The notes under the pieces are model-generated. The model searched no databases. It had not been told where the DNA came from and worked only from the letters and a program-made list of their open reading frames with translations. Below are positions 37,554 through 48,403 of a stretch of DNA of 64,000 nucleotides, in pieces; the first letter of the stretch is position 1; each line of letters starts with the position of its first letter. Both the position numbers and the translations under genes were made by a program. The DNA lies in NCBI GenBank assembly GCA_963704115.1, contig CAVPGY010000001.1:459062-523061 (forward strand), in the 5' to 3' direction. This DNA is from an uncultured Chloroflexia bacterium. GTDB lineage: Bacteria; Chloroflexota; Limnocylindria; QHBO01.

Positions 37554-38939
37554 GTGCTACCCTTGGATGCCCCGAGCGATCACCCCGCACGATCGAGGAG
37601 GCCACCCCTGACGTCCCAGCCAGCCGCCGCGCCCGCATCGGCACTCGACCAGGAGGGGCTCGCCGAGGTCCGGCGCATCGGGACCGCCGATCTCATGGTC
37701 GGGATCCCCTCGTTCGGAAACGCTGAGACCATCGGCTACGTCGTCCGCGCCTCGACGGCCGGCATGGTCCAGTACTTCCCCGACCTCAAGCCGATCCTGG
37801 TCAACTCGGACGGCAACTCGGCGGACAACACGCCGCACGTGGCCGTCAGCACCGAGAGCCCTGACTACCTGGAGAAGGTGATCCTCGTCAGCCCGAAGCA
37901 CAAGCTGCAGCGGATCAGCTTCACCTACCAGGGCACCAGCGGAAAGGGCACCGCCGTCCGCGCCCTGTTCGAGGTGGCGCGGGAGCTGAAGGTCAAGGCC
38001 ATGGTGATGGTCGACTCTGACCTGCGTTCGATCGTCCCCGAGTGGGTCGAGCTCCTGGCCGGGCCGATCCTGAAGGGCGGCTACGACTTCGTGGCGCCGA
38101 TGTACGCGCGCTACAAGTACGACGGCACGATCACCAACAACATCAGCTATCCGCTCACGCGCGCTCTCTACGGTGCGCGAATCCGTCAGCCGATCGGCGG
38201 CGACTTCGCGGTCTCGGGTGACCTCGTCGCGCGGTACCTCGAGCTCGACACGTTCGACGAGCTGACGGCCCGCTTCGGGATCGACATCTGGATGACGCAC
38301 AGCGCCATCAACGAGGGCTTCGCCGTCTGCCAGGCTCGGCTCGGCGCGAAGATCCACGACGCCAAGGACCCGGCCAGCGACCTCGGACCGATGTTCCGCC
38401 AGGTGGTCGGCACGCTGTTCCGGCTGGCCGGTCACTACGAGGACCGATGGCTCCGCGTCAAGGGCTCGCATCCGATCCCGGAGTACGGCTTCGAGCGGGT
38501 CATCGCGCCCGAGGAGATCAGCGTCAACCACGCGAAGCTGATCGACAACTTCGAGCAGGCGCGGCTCACCCAGCCCGATACGTGGGCCGAGATGCTCAGC
38601 GCCCGAGCAGCTCGAACGGATCATGGCGCTCGAGCTGCCCGAGGCGCCGGCCGACTTCCACTTCAGCGCCGAGCTCTGGATCCGCTGCCTCTACGACACC
38701 CTGGTCGCCTTCCACCGCCCGGGCGCCGACCGCGAGCGGCTGCTGGCCGCGTTGACCCCGCTCTATTTCGGGCGCACCGCCGGCTTCATCAGCGACACGC
38801 TCGAGATGACGACCGACCAGGCGGAGCGCGTGATCGACGACCAGGCCCGCCAGTTCGAGGAGCTCAAGCCGTACCTCGTCGGACGCGCTGGCGCGAGATG
38901 CGCGCCGGCGACGGGCGCGCCGACGCTGATGCAGCCTGA
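37554..38939 (+). CDS. GT-A-fold glycosyltransferase (family not resolved), two frame breaks
   Basis: DLMVGIPSFGNAETIGYVVRA...VNSDGNSADNT...GKGTAVRALF...AMVMVDSDLRSI (DxD)...PIGGDFAVSG. It passes into the frame of ORF 38623.. near 38600 (ELWIRCLYDTLVAFH...YFGRTAGF...). It then returns to end ...LVGRWREMRAGDGRADADAA at TGA 38937-38939. Confidence 0.65.
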   Translation: MLPLDAPSDHPARSRRPPLTSQPAAAPASALDQEGLAEVRRIGTADLMVGIPSFGNAETIGYVVRASTAGMVQYFPDLKPILVNSDGNSADNTPHVAVSTESPDYLEKVILVSPKHKLQRISFTYQGTSGKGTAVRALFEVARELKVKAMVMVDSDLRSIVPEWVELLAGPILKGGYDFVAPMYARYKYDGTITNNISYPLTRALYGARIRQPIGGDFAVSGDLVARYLELDTFDELTARFGIDIWMTHSAINEGFAVCQARLGAKIHDAKDPASDLGPMFRQVVGTLFRLAGHYEDRWLRVKGSHPIPEYGFERVIAPEEISVNHAKLIDNFEQARLTQPDTWAEMLSARAARTDHGARAARGAGRLPLQRRALDPLPLRHPGRLPPPGRRPRAAAGRVDPALFRAHRRLHQRHARDDDRPGGARDRRPGPPVRGAQAVPRRTRWREMRAGDGRADADAA

Positions 38940-40915
38940 CCGCAGCCGCACGACCCCGTACCGCATCCTCCTCCCGCTCGCCAACCCGCGAACGGCGCGC
39001 GACCTCGTCCGCATCGGTGCCGGCATCGCCAACGGCCGGCCGACCGAGATCACGGCGCTCGGCATCGTCGAGGTGCCCGAGGGCGTCAGCCTGTCCGAGG
39101 GCGCCACGCAGGCCCGGACGTCGCGGCGGCTGCTGCAGCGCGTGCTCGACTTCGGCGACGAGGAGGGCGTCGAGCTCCGGACCCTGGTTCGCATCGGCCG
39201 CCATGCCGCCGACGGCGTGATCGAGGCGGTCGGGGAGGAGGGCTCGGACCTCGTCATCTTCGGCTGGGGCGGACCGCCGACGCCGGCGCAGACGGCGCGC
39301 GCCGAGGCCGAGGCCGCTGAGATGGCATCTCGTCCGGCACCGCCGGCGCGGCGCGCCCCGTCTTCTCGCCGACCATCGACGCGGTCGTGCGCGAGTCGCC
39401 CTGCGACATCGCCGTCGTCAAGCAGCGCGGCCTCGAGCAGGTGCGAGTCGATCCTGGTCCCGGTCCGCGGCGGCCCGCATGCCGAGCTGGCGATGCGGAT
39501 CAGCCGCGACCTCGCGAAACGCTTCGGCGCGAAGATCGTCGTGCTCCACGTGGTGCCGAAGGGCATCGGCGAGCGGGCCGTCGACCGTGAGCAGGCGGCG
39601 GTCGACGCCTTCGTCCGCGAGCATGCCGGAATCCGCCGCGCGAGCGGCATGATCCGCGAGGCGACGAGCGTTCGCCAGGCGATCATCAGGAGGCCGCGAA
39701 TCACGACCTGGTGGTGATGGGCGCATCGGCACAGCCGACGAACGCCAGCGCCGGATGGACGCTACCTGTTCGGCACGCTGGCCGAGGCGGTGACCAGCAA
39801 GGCCAAGCCGACGGTGATCGTGGTGAAGACGAAGCAGTCGCTCGGCCTCGCCACCTTCGAGGAGCTGCGCGCCAGCGAGGGCACGCTGGCGCATGCCGAC
39901 GCGTTCGTCGAGCGCAGCCGGTCACTGCCGGTGATCGTCGACAAGTGGTTCGCCGAGAACACGTTCCACGCCCACGAGTTCGCCGACATCGCGCAAGCTG
40001 CTGGCACTCAAGGAGCGGCACGGCGTCACGATCAGCGTCGGTCTGCCGACGCTGAACGAGGAGAAGACGATCGGCACCGTCATCAAGCGCGTGAAGACGC
40101 GCGCTGATGGACCGGGTTCCGCTCATCGACCAGCTGGTGGTGATCGACTCGGAGAGCACGGATCGCACCGTCGAGATCGCCACGGAGCTCGGGGTCCCGG
40201 TGTTCCGCCACCCGGAGATCCTGCCCGAGACCGGCACCCACGCCGGCAAGGGCGAGGCGCTGTGGAAGAGCCTCCATGTCCTCGACGGCGACATCGTGGC
40301 CTGGATCGACACGGACATCAGCAACATCCAGCCGCGGTTCGTCTACGGCCTGCTCGGACCGCTGCTGGCGCGAGCCGAAGATCCAGTACGTCAAGGGCTT
40401 CTACCAGCGGCCGATCAGCCAGGGCGACACGCTCCAGGCCGAGGGTGGCGGCCGCGTGACCGAGCTCATGGCCCGGCCGCTCATCAACCTGTTCTTCCCC
40501 GAGCTGTCCGGCATGATCCAGCCGCTCTCCGGCGAGTACGCCGGCCGCCGCGAGCTGCTCGAGCGCCTGCCCTTCTTCACCGGATACGCGGTCGAGATCG
40601 GCCTGCTCATCGACATCCTCGAGCAGGCGGGCCTGTCGGCCATCGGCCAGGTCGACCTCGAGCGGCGCATCCACCGCAACCAGCCGCTGCGGCAACCTGT
40701 CGCAGATGGCGTACGTCATCCTGCAGGGCGCGATCCGCAAGCTCGAGGAGCGACACCGGATCGAGCTGCTCACCGAGGTCGGTCGGGGCATGAAGCTGAT
40801 CAACACCGGGAAGGACCACTTCAACCTCGAGGTGCGCGAGATCGGCGACGAGATCCGGCCGCCGATCTCCAGCGTCCCGGCCTACGTCGAGCGTCGGAAG
40901 ACGTTGAAGGGCTGA
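38929..40915 (+). CDS. gpgS: two universal-stress-protein (USP) domains apparently fused to glucosyl/mannosyl-3-phosphoglycerate synthase (GT81), several frame breaks
   Basis: ATG at 38929 (MQPDRSRTTPYRILLPLANPRTARDLVRIG...DLVIFGWGG...SPCDIAVVK), then USP2 (ILVPVRGGPHAELAMRIS...IVVLHVVP...HDLVVMGAS...YLFGTLAEAVTSKAKPTVIVVK). No stop separates USP2 from VDKWFAENTFHAHEFADI...HGVTISVGLPTLNEEKTIG...VIDSESTDRT...HAGKGEALWKSLHVLDGDIVAWIDTD...GGGRVTELMARPLINLFFPELSGMIQPLSGEYAGRRELLERLPFFTGYAVEIGLLID...HRNQPL. Ends at 40915. Confidence 0.7.
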
Positions 40916-40929
40916 TCGCCACCCAGCCG

Positions 40930-42108
40930 ATGCCAGACCACCCGCTCACCATCGTGATCGCCCCCGACTCGTTCGGCGGCGCCCTCGACTCCGTCGACGT
41001 GGCGGCCGCGATCGCGGAGGGATGGTCGGGGGTACGCCCCGGCGACACGATCGAGCGTCGACCGATGGCCGACGGTGGCGAGGGGACCCTGGCCGCGGTG
41101 GCCGCTGCGCTGGGGGAGCGGGCAGAGCGGCGATCCCTCGAGACCACCGACGCGCTGGGCCGGCCGGTCAGCGCCGACTGGCTGCTCCTCGACGATGGGC
41201 ACGGCGCGTTCGTCGAGATGGCCGCGGCGTCCGGGCTCGCCCGGCTCGACCCCGCGGAGCGGACGCCCGAGAGCGCCCGCCGCGCCTCGAGCCACGGCAC
41301 CGGCGACCTGATCCGCGCGGCCCTCGACGCCGGCGTCCAGCGCATCACCATCGGCCTCGGCGGCTCCGCGACCACCGACGGCGGGAGCGGGCTGCTCCGC
41401 GCGCTCGGTATCCGATTCCTCGCCCGCGACGGCGAGCTGGCGGAGGGCGGCGGAGCCCTCGCGGACCTCGCCCGCATCGACGCCACAGGCCTCGACCCGC
41501 GCCTGGCCGACGTGAAGCTGGTCGTCGCCTCTGACGTCACCAACCCGCTCTGCGGCGCGCGGGGCGCCGCCGCGACCTACGGGCCGCAGAAGGGCGCGGA
41601 CCCGGCGGCGGTTGCCGAGCTCGACGCGGCGCTGGCCCGATACGGGCGTGCGATCGAGGAGGCGACCGGCCGTCTCGTCGCTGACCTGCCGGGCGCCGGG
41701 GCGGCGGGGGGCACCACCGCGGGCCTGCTCGGCTTCACCCGCGCCACGGTCCGCCCCGGCGTCGAGGTGGTCGCCGAGCTGGTCGGCCTGGCCGATGCCC
41801 TCGAGCGAGCGGACCTCGTGATCACCGGAGAGGGTCGCGCCGACGAGCAGACACTCCAGGGCAAGACGGCGATCGGCGTCGCCACGCTCGCACGTCCGCG
41901 CAACACGCCGGTCGCGCTGCTCTGCGGTGGCCTCGGTCCCGGAGCGGAGGCGCTCGACGCCGCGATGGCCCTGACCGTGGTGCAGCCGATCGTCGATCGG
42001 CCGATGGACCTGGCGGACGCGATGGCCGATACCGACCGTCTGCTCCAGGCAGCGGCCGGACGGCTGGCTCGCAGCATCGGCATCGGCCTGGGGCTCTCGC
42101 GCGCCTAG
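40930..42108 (+). CDS. glxK: glycerate kinase
   Basis: Intact: MPDHPLTIVIAPDSFGGAL...MADGGEGT...GLGGSATTDGGSGLLRALG...ASDVTNPLCGARGAAATYGPQKGA...GAGAAGGTTAGL...DLVITGEGRADEQTLQGK. Confidence 0.85.
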   Translation: MPDHPLTIVIAPDSFGGALDSVDVAAAIAEGWSGVRPGDTIERRPMADGGEGTLAAVAAALGERAERRSLETTDALGRPVSADWLLLDDGHGAFVEMAAASGLARLDPAERTPESARRASSHGTGDLIRAALDAGVQRITIGLGGSATTDGGSGLLRALGIRFLARDGELAEGGGALADLARIDATGLDPRLADVKLVVASDVTNPLCGARGAAATYGPQKGADPAAVAELDAALARYGRAIEEATGRLVADLPGAGAAGGTTAGLLGFTRATVRPGVEVVAELVGLADALERADLVITGEGRADEQTLQGKTAIGVATLARPRNTPVALLCGGLGPGAEALDAAMALTVVQPIVDRPMDLADAMADTDRLLQAAAGRLARSIGIGLGLSRA

Positions 42109-42122
42109 GCGCGCATCGGCAC

Positions 42123-42941
42123 ATGGCGAGGGGCCCGAGCCCGCAGAAGCGGGCGGCCGACCGGCGGAAGCGGCGCCGAATCGCACAGGTCGTCCTCGAG
42201 CGGCTGGGGGAGCGATACGACCATCCGGCCTGGGCCGGCCCCCGCGTCAGCCCGGTCGACGAGCTGATCCTCACCATCCTGTCGCAGAACACCGCCGACA
42301 CGAACTCGTTCCGTGCCTTCACCGCCCTGCGGGCCGCCTACCCGACCTGGGATGCGGTGCTCGCCGCCCCCACCGACGAGCTGGAGGACGTGATCCGGCC
42401 CGGCGGCCTGGCGCCGACCAAGTCGAAGCGAATCCAGCACGTGCTCGCCGAGGTGCATGCCGCGACCGACGGCACCTGGAACCTGGGCTTTCTGGGTGAG
42501 TGGCCGCTGGAGCGGGCACGCGAATGGCTCACCTCGCTCCCCGGCATCGGCCGCAAGACCGCCTCGATCGTGCTCCTGTTCAACTTCGGGCGCCCCGCGA
42601 TGCCGGTCGACACGCACGTCCATCGCGTGGCATGGCGGCTCGGGATGTTCCCGCGCTCCACGCCGCTCACGCGCGCTCACGACCTGCTGGAGGAGGTGCT
42701 CGCGCCCGAGGAGATGTACCCGTTCCACGTCGAGGCGATCCGTCACGGTCGCGACACCTGCCGCGCCCCGCGCCCGATCTGCGGCCTCTGCCCGCTCACC
42801 GACGTGTGCGCCTATCACGTCGACGCCGTCCGCGGGCGGGCGCCGATGGCGCCGGTGCCGAAGACGGCCTCCGGGGGCGGGCCGCCGCGCTTCCACGACG
42901 AGCTCATCCACGGCTGGCTTCCCCCCGAGGCCCGGGACTAG
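42123..42941 (+). CDS. nth: endonuclease III (HhH-GPD with 4Fe-4S cluster loop)
   Basis: DELILTILSQNTADTN...LPGIGRKTASIVLLF...PVDTHVHRV...CRAPRPICGLCPLTDVC. Intact. Confidence 0.85.
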   Translation: MARGPSPQKRAADRRKRRRIAQVVLERLGERYDHPAWAGPRVSPVDELILTILSQNTADTNSFRAFTALRAAYPTWDAVLAAPTDELEDVIRPGGLAPTKSKRIQHVLAEVHAATDGTWNLGFLGEWPLERAREWLTSLPGIGRKTASIVLLFNFGRPAMPVDTHVHRVAWRLGMFPRSTPLTRAHDLLEEVLAPEEMYPFHVEAIRHGRDTCRAPRPICGLCPLTDVCAYHVDAVRGRAPMAPVPKTASGGGPPRFHDELIHGWLPPEARD

Positions 42942-44612
42942 CCGCGCAGGTCCCTCCGCGCGAACCCCCACGCGCCCAGCCCGAGGCCGATGGTCGCGAT
43001 GCCCAGCGCGGCCACGATGCCGACCGGGTCCCAGCTCCCGACCATCGGCTCGCCGTAGTGTGAGGCGAGGACGAGGTCACCGACCCAGTCGGGCAGCTCG
43101 AGCAGCGGTGCGATGATCTCGATCAGCAGCCAGCCCACGACGACGACGATGATCGCCGGCGCGGCGAGCGACGGGCGGATGAGGCCGCCGACGGCGATCC
43201 CGATGCCGGCCACCGCCACGCCGTGGAGGGCGAGAACGAACGATCCTGCGAACGGCGTCAGGACGTCCTGGCCCACGATCGCCACGCCGAGCGCGGCGGC
43301 CAGGGCGACCACGAGCGCCACACCCCCGATGGCGAGGTAGGTGCCGAGCCCGGTGAGGATGGCCCACCGCACCCTCGGCACGGGCGTGGTGAGCAGCAGC
43401 TCCAGGCGCCCCTCCGACTCGTCCGATGCCCATCCACCGACGAGGGCGGCCGCCGCGAAGCCGATGATCAGCGTGCCGATCTGCACGAAGAGGAGCTGCA
43501 GCCCGAACCCCGGGTCCGACAGGTCCACGTTCGGGAAGGCGGCGCGCATGATCTCCGCCAGCGACGGCGACTCCTCGATCACCTGCTGCAGATCTCGGCT
43601 CGAGGTTGCGATGACGAGCGCGTAGAGACCGATGCCGGCGCCCCACGCCACGATCGCGCCGATCCGCTCGCCGAGGACACGCCGCGTGGGCCCGCTGACG
43701 CCGAGCATCCAGCCGGGCAGGCTCGGAAGGCGCAGCGCGCCGACCTCGCCGAGGTCGCGGCGGACGAACGCGAGGACGCCGAGACCGATCCCCCCGGCGG
43801 CGATCAGCGCCGGCCAGGCCAGGGCGACCGGGTCGTGGATGCCGGCGATCGGCCGGTGGTCGGCGGTCCAGGTGAAGAAGCTGATCGGCGAGAGCGTGTC
43901 GAAGACCGGGACCGACTCCCGGTACCCGTTCACGATCCAGCTGCCGACCAGGACGAGGGCCGCAAGGCCGGCGGCCGCACCGCGTCCGACGAATTGCGCG
44001 AGCGCGAAGGCGATCCCCCCGGCGGCGAGCGCCACCAGGCCCATGAGCAACGCGTAGCTGAGCGCGTCGAGCAGCGGGATGGCGTCGCCGGGGAGCGTCC
44101 CGAAGGCGAGCCCGGTCGCCCACAGCACCACGGCGACGGCGAGCATCGCGATGGTCATGGCGGCCACGTGGGCGCCGACCTTCTCGACGGCGATCCTGGC
44201 GCGCGTGATCGGCGAGGCGGCGACGAGGTCCATGCTGCCGCGTCGCATCTCTGCCACCAGCGTGCCGGAGAGAGCCATGAGCGACCAGATGCCCGGCATG
44301 AGGAAGAAGATCAGGCCGTAGCGCCAGTTCGTGAAGCCGCCGATCGTGTCGGCGCTGATCGCCGATCCGCCGTACAGCCCGGTGAAGATTGCCGGCAGGG
44401 CTGTCGTCAGCGCGACGCCCTCGGCGCGCAGCTGCTCGGTCGGCCACTGTGAGGCGATGAAGGCGCCCGAGATGAGCACCATCAGCGCACAGAAGCCGCC
44501 GACGATGAGGACCGCCCGCCGCGAATCACGGAGCGACTTGCCGAAGAGGCTGCCGAAGCCGTAGATGCGGCGGCGCAGGGGCAGGGCGGTGGACGCGCGG
44601 ATCGTGCCGACG

Positions 44613-44623
<11 letters not shown>
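42938..44623 (-). CDS. ABC-2-type transporter permease
   Basis: Long polytopic ORF within 42938..44731. A GTG at 44623 overlaps the upstream ATPase stop by 11 nt. No frame break. Confidence 0.7.
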
Positions 44624-45545
<922 letters not shown>

Positions 45546-45569
45546 CAGGCTCGGGTCCTTTCGCGGAGC

Positions 45570-46049
45570 CTATGCGGCGGCATCGGGCTCCGATGTGCTG
45601 TCGGCGCGGTGGAGACGCTCCAGGAGCGCCGGCCATTCGCCTTCGAAGAATGCGTACATGTCGCGCAGGTCCCGGAGTCGGGCCTGCGCGTCGGACGGCC
45701 GGCCGGCGATCAGGGTGAGACCCTCCTCCACGATCTCGCGAGAGGCGCGCATCTGCTCCGCTCCGCGCTCCATCAGGCGGCGAGCCGCGCGGGGCGGGAT
45801 GCTGAAGTACTCGCGCCGATCACCCGGCTTCGTACCGCGACGGACGAGGCCGATGTGCTCGAGGAGCCGCGCCATGCCGCTGATCGAGCCGCGGCTCGCG
45901 TGGAGCCGCTCGGCGATCTCCGCAGCCGTGCGTTCCGGAGGCTCGCAGATGGCAAGGTAGGCCCACATCCGTCCGGCCATCGGTGGCATGCCGGCGCCCA
46001 GGACGCGGGCCATCGCCTCGATGAAGGTGTCCTCGTCGGTGATCCGCAC
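45570..46049 (-). CDS. GbsR/MarR-family winged-helix transcriptional regulator
   Basis: MAGRMWAYLAICEPPERTAAEIAERLHASRGSISGMARLLEHIGLVRR. First gene of the ABC exporter operon. Confidence 0.7.
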   Translation of the reverse strand: MRITDEDTFIEAMARVLGAGMPPMAGRMWAYLAICEPPERTAAEIAERLHASRGSISGMARLLEHIGLVRRGTKPGDRREYFSIPPRAARRLMERGAEQMRASREIVEEGLTLIAGRPSDAQARLRDLRDMYAFFEGEWPALLERLHRADSTSEPDAAA

Positions 46050-46156
46050 AACGCCGCGAATCCTGCCACGAGTCGCAGATTTCAGTCAATACTGAACATG
46101 ACGTACTTCGGCGCAGAGCATCTCGCAGCGCCCCAGGTGGCGGGTCCCGTGAGCCG

Positions 46157-46165
46157 CTGGTATCA
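46157..46165 (+). promoter_or_regulatory. candidate extended -10 promoter TGGTATCAT for tRNA-Thr
   Basis: Lies 14 nt upstream of the mature tRNA 5' end. The same 11-mer TGGTATCATCC recurs at 48267. Confidence 0.4.
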
Positions 46166-46179
46166 TCCGGCCTCGCGCG

Positions 46180-46254
46180 CGCCGAAGTAGCTCAGGGGTA
46201 GAGCATCGGTTTCGTAAACCGACGGTCGTGGGTTCGAATCCCACCTTCGGCTCC
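46180..46254 (+). tRNA. tRNA-Thr (anticodon CGT), CCA encoded
   Basis: Manual cloverleaf fold. Acceptor GCCGAAG/CTTCGGC, D arm GCTC/GAGC, anticodon arm TCGGT-TTCGTAA-ACCGA, T arm GTGGG-TTCGAAT-CCCAC, discriminator T, then CCA. Confidence 0.9.
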
Positions 46255-46309
46255 AGCATTACGCCATGGTTGCTGCAGCAACTGGCGGCTCGCACGCGTC
46301 AGGACCCGC

Positions 46310-46750
46310 ATGAAGGCATCCGTGCGGCGCCATCTGGCCACCACTGGCCTGCTCACGCTGGGCATGGGGACGGCCGTGACCATCTCGTGGCTTGCCTTTG
46401 CCGCCCGCATCCAGGTCTATGACTTCGCCCCGACGACCATCTTCACGGTGTCGCGGCTGGCGGTGTATGGCACCCAGTTCCTGCTCGTGGCCGCGCTCGT
46501 CTTCGTCGTCGCGCGTCGTCGGCTGCCCGGCGCGTCGTTCGGTTTCCTGATCGGGATCGTCACCGCAGCCTGGGTTGGCGAAGGGCTCGTGCTGACGATC
46601 ATCGCCGATCCACTCGTCGCCAACGAGCTGGATCCATCCGTCGCCTGGTGGTACTGGCTCGTGGCGACAGCCGGCCCGCTGCAGCCGGTGGCCGGCATCA
46701 TCGGCGGCTGGATGGGCTTCCGCCAGGGGGCACGAGGGTCCGGCGGCTGA
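46310..46750 (+). CDS. hypothetical integral membrane protein
   Basis: Intact 146-aa ORF with four hydrophobic segments. No recognisable family. Confidence 0.5.
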   Translation: MKASVRRHLATTGLLTLGMGTAVTISWLAFAARIQVYDFAPTTIFTVSRLAVYGTQFLLVAALVFVVARRRLPGASFGFLIGIVTAAWVGEGLVLTIIADPLVANELDPSVAWWYWLVATAGPLQPVAGIIGGWMGFRQGARGSGG

Positions 46751-46768
46751 ACGCGTGACGCTGGCGCG

Positions 46769-47163
46769 TCACCCTGAGCGATGCGGACGGAAGGCGATGA
46801 TCGCTCCGAGACCGACTGCCACACCACCCACAATGAGTGCCCAGGGAACCGCTCCAGCAAGACAAGATCTCGGATTTCCATCACGCCGGGGGCGGTCCCG
46901 CGAAGCACGTGGTCGACCCGCAGCGTGAACTCGGAGCGACCCCACGCCGGATCGTCGATGCCGACGGCGGTGACCTCGCCGACGACGATCGTCGGGGCAG
47001 TCTCGATGCCACGGCGGAATGAGGGCGTGGGTCCGTCGCACGCCGCGAGCATGGATGCAGGCAGCGCCATCAGCCACGCAACCGGCACGAGCACGAGCGC
47101 TGCGGCGGCAGCAGCCGCCAGCGATTGTCGCCGGCCAACGGCCGCGGCCAGCCGCGTCGATGG
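46769..47163 (-). CDS. small putative lipoprotein with C-terminal TM anchor (one frame break)
   Basis: A GTG at 47163 directly follows the upstream stop. Sequence: VPSTRLAAAVGRRQSLAAAAAAALVLVPVAWLMALPASMLAACDGP (lipobox-like LAAC). The C-terminus AVPWALIVGGVAVGLGAIIAF is in the frame of ORF 46769..47077. Confidence 0.35.
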
Positions 47164-47167
47164 CACC

Positions 47168-48229
47168 TCAGCGTGCCACCAGGTCGGGGGTGATCTCCTC
47201 GATGGAGCGGCATCCGGCGAGCGCCATGGCCAGCGAGAGCTCGTCGCGCACGATCTCGAGGACGTGCTGGACCCCATCAGCCCCGCCGACGGCGAGTCCC
47301 CAGAGCACCGGCCGGCCCACAGCGACCAGGTCCGCGCCCAGCGCCAGCCCCTTGAGAATGTCGATGCCGCGCCGCACGCCGCCGTCCACCACCAGCAGCG
47401 CGCGGCCGCCCACGGCCGCCGCGATCTCCGGCAGCGCGTCGATCCCCGCCACCGAGGTGTCGAGCTGCCGGCCACCGTGATCACTGACCCAGATGCCGTC
47501 GCACCCGAGGTCCACGGCCCGGATTGCGTCGTCGGCGCGCAGGACGCCCTTCGCGACAAGCGGGATGGGGCAGACCGAGCGCAGCCAAACCAGATCGTCC
47601 CAGGTAAGGGTTGGCAGCTCGATGATGCCGCCCTCGTCGGTCGGCTGGTCCGGGGACAGGTGCGCGCCGAGATCCAGCACGAAAGCGTTTCGCCGGTCCC
47701 GCTCCCGGTTGCCGGGCAGGGGCAGATCGACGGTGACGGCCACCGCCTCGTAGCCGGCGGCCGCGGCGCGCTCGACGAGCGACTGGCAGGCTGGCCGATC
47801 CGCGGGCGCGTAGAGCTGGAACCAGCGCGGGGCATCGGGCGCCGATGCGGCGACCTCCTCCATGGGCACCGATGAGATCGTCGACAACGTGAAGAGTGCG
47901 TCTGCGCGGGCAGCGCCGAGCGCGGTCGCGCGCTCCGCATCGGGATGGGCGAGGGCGTGGGCCGCCATCGGCGCCACGATCACCGGGTGGGTGAGCTCAC
48001 GGCCGAACGCGGTCGTCGAGAGGTCGCGCGACGCGACATCGACGAGGACCCGCGGTCGCAGCCGCAGTCGATCCCAGGCGGCGTGCGCATCGGCCAGCGA
48101 GATCTCGTCGCCGGCACCTCCGGCGTAGTAGTCCCACGCGCCGCGGTCCATGGCATCGCGGGCGATCGGCTCGTACTCGGCCACGGTGATGGGGCGATCG
48201 GCATCGGTCATGCACGCTGATGATGCCAT
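47168..48229 (-). CDS. FMN-dependent alpha-hydroxy-acid oxidase/dehydrogenase (L-lactate/glycolate oxidase family)
   Basis: Intact: AWDYYAGGAGDE...LRPRVLVDV...PVIVAPMA...LVAKGVL...GCDGIWVSDHGGRQLD...VDGGVRRGIDILKGLALGADLVAVGRP. Confidence 0.85.
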   Translation of the reverse strand: MASSACMTDADRPITVAEYEPIARDAMDRGAWDYYAGGAGDEISLADAHAAWDRLRLRPRVLVDVASRDLSTTAFGRELTHPVIVAPMAAHALAHPDAERATALGAARADALFTLSTISSVPMEEVAASAPDAPRWFQLYAPADRPACQSLVERAAAAGYEAVAVTVDLPLPGNRERDRRNAFVLDLGAHLSPDQPTDEGGIIELPTLTWDDLVWLRSVCPIPLVAKGVLRADDAIRAVDLGCDGIWVSDHGGRQLDTSVAGIDALPEIAAAVGGRALLVVDGGVRRGIDILKGLALGADLVAVGRPVLWGLAVGGADGVQHVLEIVRDELSLAMALAGCRSIEEITPDLVAR

Positions 48230-48266
48230 TCGAGCCTGGCGCTCACGGGCGATGTCGACCCAACGT

Positions 48267-48275
48267 TGGTATCAT
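48267..48275 (+). promoter_or_regulatory. candidate extended -10 promoter TGGTATCAT with a ~125-nt leader
   Basis: Identical 11-mer TGGTATCATCC to the tRNA-Thr promoter candidate. The downstream ATG at 48404 is preceded by GGAGG. Confidence 0.35.
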
Positions 48276-48403
48276 CCAGCGTCCGCGGTGCTGCCCGCCT
48301 CCGTGCCCCGGAAGAACGGCATCGGACTTGCTCGAAGGGATGGAGCCCTCGATCTGAGCTCCGCGGCTGTTGCCCACCGCCTGCTCATCCGGATCCATGG
48401 AGG

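Noticed and set aside
46755-46772. Bidirectional terminator hairpin (gtgacgc-tggc-gcgtcac) between the convergent genes at 46750 and 46769.
   Set aside because: The stem is only 7 bp with no T-tract, and it overlaps the minus-strand stop codon. That is too weak to call as a feature.
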